Shown piece after piece: positions 1 through 51,229 of a DNA stretch of 64,000 nucleotides; the stretch's first letter is position 1; the number at the start of each line of letters is the position of its first letter. The position numbers were made by a program, and so were the translations under genes. Source of the DNA: Hydrolagus affinis (Eukaryota). The stretch covers positions 1 through 64,000 of the forward strand of contig JAAILG010000082.1 of NCBI GenBank assembly GCA_012026655.1, read 5' to 3'. The notes under the pieces are model-generated. The model did no database searches. It was not told the origin of the DNA and worked only from the letters and a program-made list of their open reading frames with translations.

Positions 1-1023
1 TCCGTGGGACTATTTACTGCAAGTGACACAGTAAGTAATCCGCTTGTGAGACTGACTGTATAAATCACACTCAGCCGCCTGACCTAAAGGATACTTATCA
101 TATGTCACTGAAGGCTATTGCAATCCTCTCTGTAGGTGTCCTGACTGTCTCTTCAATTGTGTTACCTTTTACAAGCTACTCTAGGGCAGGAGAGCATTCC
201 CACACTTGTATCCAACAAGCTGGCACTAGAGATCTTTAATTAATAAAAACAACACACGATGCAAACAGACAAAAGAGCTCCGACCTTTCACTGTGTTGAA
301 ACGTGGCTGGTAAACGCTGCTGCTGTCCTCGAAAGGTAAAAACAATTGGTGCGTTTCGAAAGCAGTTGACATCAAGAGCCCAGGTTTTGGAACAAACAGT
401 ATAAAAACAGCAAAATTTCAACCGAAAGAAAAGTTAAAACCGAAAAGGAAGGAGGGGAGGATTTGGTGGGTTACACTTTAGCAAAAACGGTCATAAACAA
501 AATGCTTTTTGAGGGTCTTGGTGTCGTCATGCACAACTTGGGTGGGGTGCCCAATGTGTTTTCTTGTCCGTCCGTTTGTATGTGCATCGGAACGTAAGCA
601 AAAGCAACAGCAATTCCTGAATGTTACATCGGTGAGCAGTGTTTGAGCAGCTGCCTGACAAGTGGAGGCGGTGGCAATGGAGGAACGTGGATTGGGTTCA
701 TTTTCAAACCCACTCTCGGAGCCGCGATCTCACCGCGGACTGCCAAACGGAAGCAGTGTGGCATCACCACAAGCCTGTCTGGCAGGCGGGCACAGCCAAC
801 CAGCGGTTGCTGCTGTGTGAAGTTAGTCTTAATTGCAACATATTACGACATGCAGCACCAGCAACGGAAGGAGCTAAAGTGTGGTCAGAAGCGTGGATTT
901 GAAATGAAAAAAATAGAGAACAGAAAGACATACCATAGTGCTCTCTATGGGGGGTGGGGGGAGAGGGGTGGTAAGAGTGGGTGGGGATGGGGGTGGGGCA
1001 AGAGGGACGGAGGGGATTCTTAC

Positions 1024-39659
<38,636 letters not shown>

Positions 39660-42600
39660 TCAAAGCGTAATGTTCAATTTTAACGCTTTGCCTTTGGACT
39701 GGTGAACCTTGCCCACTGAGGAAAGATCAAAATAAAACACAATCAGGTGGTTTTACTCTTAATTTGAACAAAAATAAAACTGAATGAAGGAAGGGAATTG
39801 ATTGCAATGTTCAGCGTTGCTTGTTTAGAGACTAGGTAGGTTTATATACTCAAAGACTTTAAAATCTGCAAAGGAAAGACTTCAATTAGCAAAAAGCATC
39901 TGTTACTGTAACAAGTGTGGGGATCGCAAAGCTATTTCCAGTTTCATTTCCCCCCCCCACCCCTATTATAATGAAGTTCCCAAAGATTTCTCAGTCTCTC
40001 GTCCTCTTGGATGGAAAGAGCAGCTGGGACTGTGGTGTTGCCATCTCTCCCCCATGGTGTCATGATGAGAGAGTACTTCAGAGAGTGGCCAGAGAGACGC
40101 AGCACCCATCAGGAAGCTGGCACTGACGCGCTGAAACTTCGCCAGTTTAGTTATAAAGTGGGGGAATCACCCTCTCACCAGACGCTGAGTGTCAAAACCC
40201 ATCTCAGTCGTGGCAGACGGCCGCAGTTGTCAGGACAGCATCGCTGCCTTCCTGCGTCAATAGACCTTTCCAGTATAAGTCAGACGATAAGCCTTCAGGA
40301 ATAAGCCTTGTCTTTAGGAAGTCCTCGTCAGCCACCTCTGCGGAGGGAGCCAGGAGTAATCCATTTACATCCATATGCAAAGCGAGGGCTCCCATTAATA
40401 TAATTGCAGCAATGGTGAAGGAGCAGACTCTGTATTAAAGCTGAATTACAGCAGCAGCTTTGCCATATGCTAAGATATTAGTTCCTAGAAGCAGTTCCCT
40501 GTACTTTACGAATGCAGTCTTGCAACTCTCTCCTGCACTGGAGCTCTGAGCGGCCGTAGACATTCACTCTTACAGTGGGAGCCACATTGAGGGGCCGTGG
40601 ACCCAAACAACAAAGCATCCAAAGTCTTTTTCAAAGCAACACACAGACTTCTCCCAAATCAGTCCAGAGAAAAGCCAACAAAAGCAACTAGGTGTAAAAG
40701 TTGGGCAGGGCAGTCTGCCAAACCCAGAAGAAATGTGCTTTGGCAATTGGTTTTAAGAACACATCCCCACTCGAATGATTCCACACGGTGTAAGCTACAA
40801 AATTTATATATTACATCTGTATTTCCCAACAAACCTTAACAAATGTACCAGGAATTAATCGGGACAGGAGTGTTGTCTTCTGAAGAACTACACGGAAAGA
40901 AATCAAAAAAGGTACACGTTTATGCCTTGTAAAATTACAATCCATTTGACAGGAAGCAGAGCAAAATGGAACTGGCATACCTGTATAAAGCTGCTCTATC
41001 ACCAATTTCATCACTGTAGTTCAACGACAGCAACATTGCAAGATCTACAAGTCTCTCACACAAGTTCAAACTCAGCATTCTGTTACTGTGATATTAATTA
41101 GTTCCACATTAACCTAGTTACTCAAATCACAGTAAGAAATGATTAATACAAATGCTTCATTTCATGCCAATCTGCCAGCTCAGGCCATGTGCATTTATGC
41201 GGTTTGAATCCTTTGGCATCTGATTGTGATTAGTCTATTAATATTCAGTGTTATTCCACTTGATGCCCCTTAAACTCAACTTTATTTTAGTGATTTTTAT
41301 CTACCAGACTCTTGGATGCCGGATATTTTGCCAGTGGCGTAACCGATAACAATCTTGCAATACGCACTGAGTACACTGAGCCTTGATAAACCAGTTGCAC
41401 AATAAAGATCATTAATACCATTTATCTATCTAGATGGATTATAAATATCATGAAACAAGGTCAAAGATAGCACCCCAAATCAATAATAAAGAGTAGATTT
41501 CCCTCATTCCCAGTAAAGAACCCAAATAATAGAATATATTTTAAAATATATTATTTTAGTGCTTCATGATATAAAACAGATGAGCACGTTCAAAGCTATG
41601 CTCTAACATCAGTCGTTGCTTCCATGGTTCATGAAATCACCTAAACCTCTTGATTACATCAAAGTCTCGCAATTCACTCCCTGGGCAGCCATTACCACTG
41701 TATCTTTGGTGCAAAACAAAAGTTCAGGTTAATGTGACATGTGCATGTACTGATTGTTAATCCACTCACTCACTTCAGCTCAATCTAGCGTAAGTGAAAG
41801 TAAGTTGTCATTTAAATGGAAATGCAAACTTAATGAGGCTGAATTCTTCAGAGGAAATTAATCCACGCTCCACCTTCATAACATTTGCATATTTAAATGC
41901 GGCACAGATGCACATTTGGGAATAGCAGACTACACATGGCGTGCTCTCCGCTTGCTCAATAAAGAAGACTTGACAACATTAAATAAGATGGCCTGGTCTT
42001 TAAGGCTCAATTCACACAGGCCAGTGACTTCATTAATTGAAGCATTAGGAAGCCTTGGATTCTCATTTCGCACATAATAATAACAATGATAATCCTGGTG
42101 TGTGATATAGCTAGTGCCTCTCATGTCAGGAAGATGTCTCAAATTACTTCGCAATATTTACTGACTGTGAACTTAGTAGCTGACCAATTTTCCAACAGCC
42201 AAATTGCACAAAGAGTCATAAAGTGAATTACAACATGTATTCAAGTTACACATCTATCATCCCAGTCTTCTTGTGCCGGATGAAACCCTTTCGTCCATTC
42301 GAGAGTTTCAGCCCCAAAGACGAATGGAGACTTCATGCGTTGGGTCCTGCTGCCTCTCTTTCCCCTCATTCTACTGCGCTGAAATGCTACACACCATTTG
42401 TTGCGTGTACCTTCTTTCGCATGAAATTTCCATTTGTAGACTTTTGCTCAGATGCCAAGTGTGACAATGTGGTCAGGTCACAGGCCCCGAGTCGGAGTGT
42501 GAGCAACCCTTGAAATTCCCTTTTCGAAAAAAAAAGTAAAAGCAACAGCATTCAATTTAATCAGAAAGCCTTTCCATTTAATATCTCGGACGCAGAATGG

Positions 42601-43187
42601 GATTTGCGATGATTTTCCTGGAGCTACTTATTGCGCTCCGTGGTGTTGATGAAAAAAAATTGGAGAGGTCAGGTGAGGTCGCGCCATTTTAATATGTGGC
42701 AGAAGGCTCCTTCGGGCAGAGATACTGTAAGTCACGGCTATTTTTGCACCTCACACCAATGACAGTAGCTTCTTTTTCCTTTGCATCTGGGAAAATGTCA
42801 GAATAGTCCTCTTATATTAAAATATTAATATCAGCCCAGAGAGTGGCAGCATGTGTTCCGAGTACAAAGTCTAATAATATCTCTTGCAACCCCCACCCCA
42901 CCCCCCCTCCTCTTTCCGTAACCACTACAGTGGGTTTCGTCCACTTGTGCTGCTAATGGATACAGAATTAGTAAGCTCCATTTATCACAAGAGAAATCGG
43001 AGCCTGAAGACACAGGCGGAAAGATGGGCTTTGCATCCGCAACGTGTGACCACATGCCTTCAGACTTGGTGCTGTATCACAGCTGGCTGCCAATTCACCC
43101 CCAAACCGTACAAATACCCGTTCGCATTTTACTCGGTTCTACGGCGCATGAAGATGTAGGTCACAAGGAAGGTGAAACGGAAGACTG

Positions 43188-43220
43188 GAGAGACAGAGAG
43201 AGAGAGAGAGAGACAGAGAG
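43188..43220. repeat. (GA)n microsatellite; forms a pyrimidine tract on the BRSK2 strand
   Basis: read directly from the sequence. Confidence 0.9.
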
Positions 43221-45167
43221 AAAATCAGACGACAAAAAGCGGATACAATGTGCGAGGGCGCTGGAAACTAAACTAAGAATCCCTCAAAGGAACAGAAACT
43301 GTGAGAATGCTTCCCTGCACATCTTTAGAATCCGTCTCAACAGCAGCAGAATTAGGGAGGAGAGCAGCAGGCAATAACTACACAAATGTATCCGGGATCT
43401 ATAGTAAAGATAGGTTTCAATCCTGGGCACATCCCTCTCCCGCATCCCCTACCCAGGGGGTCCACGTGACTCGGTTTAGAATCAAAGAATGTTTACAGCA
43501 CAGAAAGATCCAGTTCCTCTCCTCGAGGAAATGATTCATGCTGTCACAGTGTTGCACAATTGCTCATCAGAGGCAAGGTAACTCTGACGTAGCAGGTCTC
43601 CATGGGGGAGCCTGGATGGACAGTGAGCGAGTATGTATAGTCTACTCATCTGTGAGCATTAAGCTCGTGCGTCTGCAAGACTCGAATTGTAGAATGTATT
43701 GTATGTAGGAGGATGTTCACCCGAGGCTACGGTTTTGTCAACCTGAGCCATCAGAGGACCCCACCCCACCCAGGAAACACCTTGTTGAATGGCTCCATGC
43801 AGATCATAGGACAAATGACATCAAATTAAGGTGCGCGCGCATTGGCCCAAAGGCACACACATTCACTACATGCAGAGCTCAGGAGACACAGAGCTTGAAT
43901 ACATTAAATACAAAATGTTGCCGACGCATTAATGGGGGGTGAAAAAAATCCTAGGTCTTGATCAACTCAATGATAAAATATTGCATTTTAGAACTTCCAA
44001 AATCTGGCAAATTCTTACATCTAGCCTTAATCTTGTAGTTACAGAAATCTAACTTTAAAATTGAATTCTCAACAATTCGCCAATTTTTTCCTTTTATATA
44101 CGTATATACACATGGTATAAATCTGGATTCAGGTGAGATTTCTCCGCACATAGTGATTGGACCAATTATGGAACAGATGAACGATGTCTCTGACATCATC
44201 CTGCATGCTATTGCCGCATTCCCTCCAGTAATATATATAACCTTTATTATTACTATTATATATATAATCTATAACCATCTAAATTATTTCAGTTATTTTC
44301 AATTTGACATTGCGTTAGGTTTGTCCGCCTTGTCGAGTCCACATCCACAAATGCACTGTGGGGTGTATACATCGAGCATGAGGCTTCCAGGAGTATTACT
44401 TTCCTGGTATCTCACAGATTGCTACTTACTGCGGCGCTACCGCCTCACTGTGTCAAACCTCGCTTTTAATCTGCATCATACACTCACCATTTTCTGTCCT
44501 GTCAACCCCCAGATAAGCCAGCCTGTGATGCGCTCAATCTTTGCCTCCTCCACGTTTGTAATGACAGCTATTGGTACATCCAACCCACTGTCGCTGCTTT
44601 CTCTTCTCAGCGCCAAATTGCCTCTTACACGCTTTCATTTGCTCTCCTCGCCCATTGTTCAATCAATCACTAAATTCCAGGCAACAAGCTGGCAATTGCA
44701 CCCCAGTGATGAATAAGTTGCTGCGAATATTAAAAGATAAGAACCCCCTACATCCCCCAGCCCCCACCAAACCACAGCACAAAAGAGATATCCACAATGT
44801 TTCTAAATGAACATCCTTATCTCCCAGTGTTGGGTTCTTGTCAGTATTGTATGAAGTGTAAACATGCCATTTTTCAGCTTATAGAAAAAAAAGACATTTT
44901 ACAGGTCTATCCATTAATGGGGTGTTACATTTAATAAAAGGTAAAATGCTCGAATCCAAAACAGCACAGAAGCTTTCCTGCCAACCATACTAATGTGCGC
45001 TTGGTACAGAGGCTGTCTCTAAGCCCGGTAGAATCATACTTGACATCAGTTTAACAAAAAGGATTGCAAAAAAAAAGCGACAGGGGAAATAGCTGTTTGA
45101 TAACACTGCTGAAACTGCTCCAGCAAAAGCCTTCTATAAGGACCACTGACCTCAGGAAGCCTCTTAA

Positions 45168-45800
45168 GAATAATGATCCCTGGACTTGATGTAGTGTTTT
45201 ACCATACTGTTGAGTCGTCTTAAAGCGCTTCACAGAATACAACACCAACAAAATGTAACACTTGTATCGCGCTTTTCATGTCAGGAGGACGTCCCAAGGC
45301 GTTAGATAGTCATTGTTTCACACCCGAGCTGGGGGTCGGTGATACAGTGTAAACATAATGTAAAGTCATGTAATACAGGTACCCCTCCCCAACCGTGGGG
45401 GATACGTTCCTGAAAACCTCCGCGGTTAGTAAAACCGCAGTTGGAAAATACAGGACCCTTCTTGTGGAGAAGGTGGTGTGGTGGGTGACACCGAGGGGGG
45501 TGGATGCGGAGAAGCGACATCGTGGCTGGTTGATTGAGACATCGCAACTGGGTCCTAGCGCCAAACGCGAGTGCGAAGCGACATCGTGGCTGGTTGATGC
45601 AACTGTGTCCTAGCGCCAAACGCTAGTGTTAGTGTTAAAACCCATGGATACACAAAACCCATTGCCGTGGTTAGCGAGGGTTGTCACAGCGAGCCAACCG
45701 TGGATACATGAAATTCGCGGTAGAAAAAACCACGGTTGGGACGGGGTACCTGTATAGTGTAAAGTGTATATAGTGAATTGACTGTGTACTGGGTGAAGAC
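45168..45800 (-). mobile_element. Cluster of SINE tail fragments; one copy is split by the MITE at 45376-45752
   Basis: tails at 45168-45240 and 45252-45302; body resumes at 45755 (gtaaagtg...gtgaattgactgtgta). Confidence 0.65.
45376..45752. mobile_element. Non-autonomous Tc1/mariner (Tigger/pogo, MER44-like) MITE, 377 bp
   Basis: 23-bp TIRs CAGGTACCCCTCCCCAACCGTGG / CCACGGTTGGGACGGGGTACCTG (21/23 match); TA target-site duplication at 45374-45375 and 45753-45754; GGGGATACGTTCC subterminal motif. Confidence 0.9.
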
Positions 45801-46463
45801 ATCCAGGCCGAGGATACCTTCACTCTAACATGACATTGATAATTTCAAATGAAATTGCTCAGTTAAACGGTCTGAGTGGAGATCCCGGCTGGCAACTGGA
45901 AATCAGTCCCTTACAGTTGACTCACTTGATTTAATATCTCACAGATATTTGTGACACAGGCGCTGAAATGCACTTGTTTAAATCATTCTCTTTTACACTT
46001 CGAAGGGCACCATTTGCCAGGCCAGTGAATTACCGCTGACAGTTTTCTCTGCCTTTCAGAGCCCAAGGCAGCAAGGTTACACTTCACCTTACAGCGTTGA
46101 GGTTATTTCCACAGTAAAACCGCTGAATCGCGAGCTGCAGACATCAGGTCATGTTTCAACAGATTTCCTGAACTGCTCGCACGCTTCCGAGATGGACGGG
46201 GGAGGGGGAGGAGAGCAGGGACTTGAAACAGCTTTTTCAAGACAGAAGAGACAAATGCGATGATAACTTGATGGTGCATTCGGTGTGACAGGAGGGGCAG
46301 TGTATTGCACACTGTCCAAAGATCAGCCATCAATATGGATCAGGGTGTTTGCAAAAGAAAGTGGCTCTTGTACATTGCTGTGTTTTGTCCCTCATTCCTC
46401 AAATTGTCACCGGTATCCTGGATGATATACTCCACAAAACCTTACGTTCGGCAATTAATCCTT

Positions 46464-46778
46464 ATAATAATAATCCTTACATTTTGATATAGCGCTTTTC
46501 ACATCTTATCGATGTCTCAAAGCGCTTCACAGAATATACTGTAAAGTGAATTGACTGTATATTTGTGGGTGAAACACGGCAGCCAATTGCACACAGCAGC
46601 GTCCCACAAACAGGATTGAAAATGACCAATTTTATTATTGTGTTTTTTGGGGGATGGACTATTATTATTAGGCATGTGGAATAAGGAAACTTGCCCAAGG
46701 TTTTACCCTGATCTGCCTGGATTCGAACACAGGTCTCACGCTTGTAAGGCGAGTGCTCTAACCACTGAGCTACAGGTA
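46464..46778 (-). mobile_element. Full-length tRNA-derived SINE, near-consensus (young)
   Basis: intact head with A/B boxes, body and tail; many CpGs retained. Confidence 0.94.
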
Positions 46779-48667
46779 CTTACGACCTAGAACCTTTTTA
46801 TTTATTGATGGGTGGGGTGGGGGGCGGATGGGGAGGAGAATGGAGGGAACAAAATAATTAATTCTCCCTCAAGAAGGGAGTATGATTAAACCGAGTATTT
46901 CCATGCCAATGTGGAAATTACCCTGGCATGACATGGGTGAATGCCCACCACTGGCAATGCTGGGCTCTGGGTTCTCCTATTTTTTTTAATATAATGTGGC
47001 TGTGGCCCAAAGGAAAATACCCCACAGTTAAGGATAGGTGTCACGCCTCTTGAATCACTTCCCACTTCTATCGTTGCTCATATTTTGAGTCGTGATTAAT
47101 CAAATCATCAGCCATCCTTGATTTTACAATGATATTTTTCATCACAGCTGTCATCCGCCTGCCACTTGCTGTGAAGCTGCGTTTCTGATGGAACCTTTCC
47201 CTGGCTCATTGCAATGATGTCAAAGGCTTTTATCGCAACTCTCATTGGTGAAGTTGAATTTCAAATTCTTTTGATTTTCTATTTTTATTTTCTCATTAAT
47301 TCTCCCCTCCCCCTCACCCCCACACACTCACACACTAATTCCCTTTCCTCCCCCCCTCTTCCCCCCCCACCCCTCCTCTCTTGAAAACACTCACACTTGC
47401 TGGGCTATTGTTCCAACAGACCCATAATCTGTTACTGAACCCAGCCCATGCTACAAACGGTTGTTTGGGGGTGTATCTCAGTGTTATTACTCAATGTCCA
47501 CAAGCACATTTTCCCGCTGCGATCCCGAAACATGACCCTCCCAACCTCTAGACTAGAGACACTAAGGACTATACCATCCTTACCACCAAGATCAATTCTG
47601 CAGCACAGACTGGGTGTCCACTCTGTAATCTTGTAATCTGCTTGGTCCACTGTTACAACAAACAGTGCCTTTATCCAGTTGACTATCGGTGAAGCTTTGA
47701 CTCGTAGCTGGACTATTTGGCCTGCATGAAAACCTTGGACCCACAGGAACTCCTAACTGTATTAAATTGGTTTAGAAGTCAGGCACATCATTAGGAAAGA
47801 TATGTATGAAAAATCAATGGTGCCACAATTCATTCTGTTGAAATCAATACAGTGGCACTCTCACCCAAACAAAAAAGCCCTCGAAATAATCAGAATGCAA
47901 TTGATAGGTGTTTTGAGGATTTAAAATAGAAGATTTGCTGATTCGCACACAAGACAATTGCTTTTTATTTGTGTGTTTCTTGTGCTTCAGCTTGTCAGGG
48001 ACCGGAGCCAATATTCATAAAAGAAAATATATTTGGAAAGAAACTGAGGAAGGTCATCGAATTCTCAGTTCCCTATGGATGGAAGCAAGTGTGAATTCAG
48101 CTGGAAAGGGAATAAGCAAAGGGTTGCCTCTAAATAATATTTAAACATGGTTCAGATTATTTTAGTCATTTGCCTCTTGAGGGTGAATATTTAAATGGTG
48201 AAATCATTTTTCAATATTCATCAGAAATAAGCAACCCACAAGGCATATTGCAAAATGTACCTCTTTAACCTACCGGTGAATAAAATCTCCTCTGAGTTTC
48301 ATATAGATATATATATGCAGCATGTTTCAGCACTATTGATGGCTGAAACACACACACAAAAAAAATCAAAACTTTTTGGTCAATTATGTAAATTCTAATT
48401 TAATAAATGCATCGATTTGTGGGCTGAAGCACAGGCGTGCGGAGTAGTGAATGCCGGCCATCAAGGCCGCACTTCACTTGTCACAAGGCTTCAATTGTTC
48501 CGCACAATGTTATTCACAAACCGTTCCTTTAAAGGAATTTTCATAGGTCATGGCTTCCCCCCGATGGCTTAGCCGGTTTATTCAGTGAATGGGTGAGCGA
48601 GAGATTCAAGGACAAATTCTAACCTATTTATGGGACTTCAGCCAGGGAGACAGTGGAGGTGCAACGA

Positions 48668-48785
48668 TAATAATAATCATAACAATCCTTGCATTTGATA
48701 TAGCGCTACTCACGTCTTTCTTTTTTAGACGTCTCAAAGCGCTTCACAGAATATGCTGCAAAGGTGACTTGACTGTATATATGTT
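48668..48785 (-). mobile_element. SINE 3' part
   Basis: tail consensus. Confidence 0.85.
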
Positions 48786-49247
48786 GGTCTCCATGTCCCA
48801 GGTCATTCCTACTGCTGTTCCCGCTGAACTTCCACGGGATCACCCGCTCCTTACTGATGTGGCGAACCACATGATCACAACTCAAGGACAATATAAAGTA
48901 ACGTAACACCAACTACAGCAATATGGCCACACATCTCCCTGGATGTTGAAACAGTTTCTCGATGACTTACTTCCCTTGCTGAATTAGATGGCAAGGCTGA
49001 ATGGTTCTGTTAACCCAAATCAAACATCAGCATCAATTCTCAAATGTACAAACATCTTACATCAAATCAACGTTCCAAACATTACAAATTGGATCATTTA
49101 TCGGACAAAGATTTTCGCATCTAATTTCTGCTTTCGTTATTACAGCAGGATTTTAATTATTTTTTAAAAATGACAAGAGTCAAGTACCTGTACAGTGCCT
49201 GCACGTTCCTTGTTTAATGGCAGCTGCAACAGAACGCTATAGATGTC

Positions 49248-49264
49248 TGCCACTAGGTGTCACC
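49248..49264 (+). promoter_or_regulatory. Candidate CTCF site
   Basis: TGCCACTAGGTGTCACC vs consensus CCASYAGRKGGCRS; one core mismatch; motif match only. Confidence 0.45.
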
Positions 49265-49840
49265 TTGTGGATGCAGGTTTGGCAACTGAGTTAGGCAAAC
49301 ACAGATTGCTCTGGACAGCAATAAGTGTTACAATTAAGGAAAGGGTGGCTCAAATAGCAACTTGGTCTTTCGGGATTGATAACAAATATTTCTGCATAAT
49401 CTGTCGTCTTGTGGAATTACACAGGAAATCCTTTGCCGAGAGTGGTTTCACTCAGGAATAGAGGCCTCATCCCCACCCACCCCCATTTGGGAAGTAAATC
49501 CTCAATGCATATCCTCAATAACCACAGATGAACGTTTGGAGTTTACTTTAAAATTTAGTTAAAAGTTTGGAGATGACTGTAACGTTATCATTTATCCTGA
49601 CTACCATTTGCCTGCATAGGAATGCAGTCGTTTCATTCTCACTCCTGGAGAGGAATTAAACCAGGACAGGCAGTGGTGTTCCTGTGTTTATACACCAGGT
49701 AAAACACAGGGCAGTCCAGGGCTAGGCAGTGCAAAGCTCATTGTAGACAGATAAACAGCCTGCAGAGCGGCAGGAATATAGGCTTCAAGTAGTCAGGTTA
49801 AATCAGCGTCATCTCAAATTTACATCAGTTATGTAATATG

Positions 49841-50131
49841 TGTAGCTCAGTAGTTAAAGTACTCGCCTCACAACTGAAAGACCTGGGTTTGATTCCTGGC
49901 AGCGGGAAACCTTGGACAAGTTTCCTTACTCCACATGCTTGATGATAATCCCTCAAGAAAAAAATAATTGGTCATTTCAAATTACGAATGTTTGTGGGAC
50001 GCTGCTGTGCACAATTGGCTTCTGAGTTTCGCCCACAAATATACAGTCCATTCACTTTACAGTATATTCTGTGAAGTGCTTTGAGCCGTCTGAAAGACGT
50101 GAAAAGTGCTATATCAAATGCAAGGATTATT
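49841..50131 (+). mobile_element. Near full-length tRNA-derived SINE
   Basis: head, body and tail present. Confidence 0.92.
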
Positions 50132-50261
50132 AAGGTGCTGACTGACATTCTGATATAACATATTAACATACCAAGAGGTGTGTCAAACAACCAAGACTCT
50201 GAACTTCATTCCAATACAAATACTGCCCAAACCATCAAACCCAAAGAAAGAAATCATGCCA

Positions 50262-50376
50262 TTAATAATAATAATCCTTGTATTTGATAAAGAGCCTTAT
50301 CAAGTCTTCAAGACATATCAAAGCACTTCACAGAACATACTGGAAAGTGGATTGACCGTATATTTTGTGGGTGAAC
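50262..50376 (-). mobile_element. SINE 3' part, inverted relative to the neighbouring copy
   Basis: tail consensus. Confidence 0.8.
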
Positions 50377-51229
50377 TGAAGCGCGTGGTGATGGGTTTCC
50401 GCATGTGTCAGACACCCGACTAACCACCCCCAACAAGGAAGATTCAAGCTATTCTGATAGTATTTATTACTATTCTAAATTGTACGTGCTTCAAAAGCAA
50501 ATAGCTGCTTCTGTCTTGACGTGATTGCTTTTGACAATCATTTGTTCCGCATTAACCCAAATGAAGAGAAACATATAAAAAGCATACGTCTACATCGGTG
50601 GGTTTCATAACACGTCTGCACAATTAAAATATATTGCATTAGCTAGGTCTCGCAGACCCTCATCTCGCACACAACCCCCTGGGGCAAACGGTTTCAATGA
50701 GGAAAGGCCATTGATGCTGTTTCCCATTAATATTCCAAAAACGCTTGGCCCCAAAATTAAAACTGTGATAATTACTTTACATTTAATGGGAAATCACAAT
50801 GGCAATGAACTTAATTTGGTCACCATCCGACTGATCACTCACACACCTTTTCACGTGCGCCTGCAACTTGTAAAAGGTCATCATTATATTGCGAGCAAAC
50901 ACTCGAGGTCCTGTTACACTGAGCTCTTCCTGAGTCGTCACACGCACATCCATTAAACGACACACTTTCCAAACGAGGAAAGGGTTCATGAATTATGAAT
51001 CGATAAGTAGACAAGCATCATTTTTATTTGCAACAGAAAAATCCTGGACATGAATTTCCTATGACAGAACTTCGGGTTTACAAGAAAAGCTCTGGTTCTG
51101 ATGGATTAGATCTATCAAATATCTCTGGATCGAGGATCGCTGGAGATTGAACAGCGCCGGATGGCTAGTGATGTGCCACATTACCATTCGATACCCGTCA
51201 GTACATAAATATTCCTAACCAGAAGTGTT

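Noticed and set aside
44153-44716. 187-aa hydrophobic + strand ORF
   Set aside because: Spans an AT-rich low-complexity tract and probable decayed LINE sequence; no domain or splice support.
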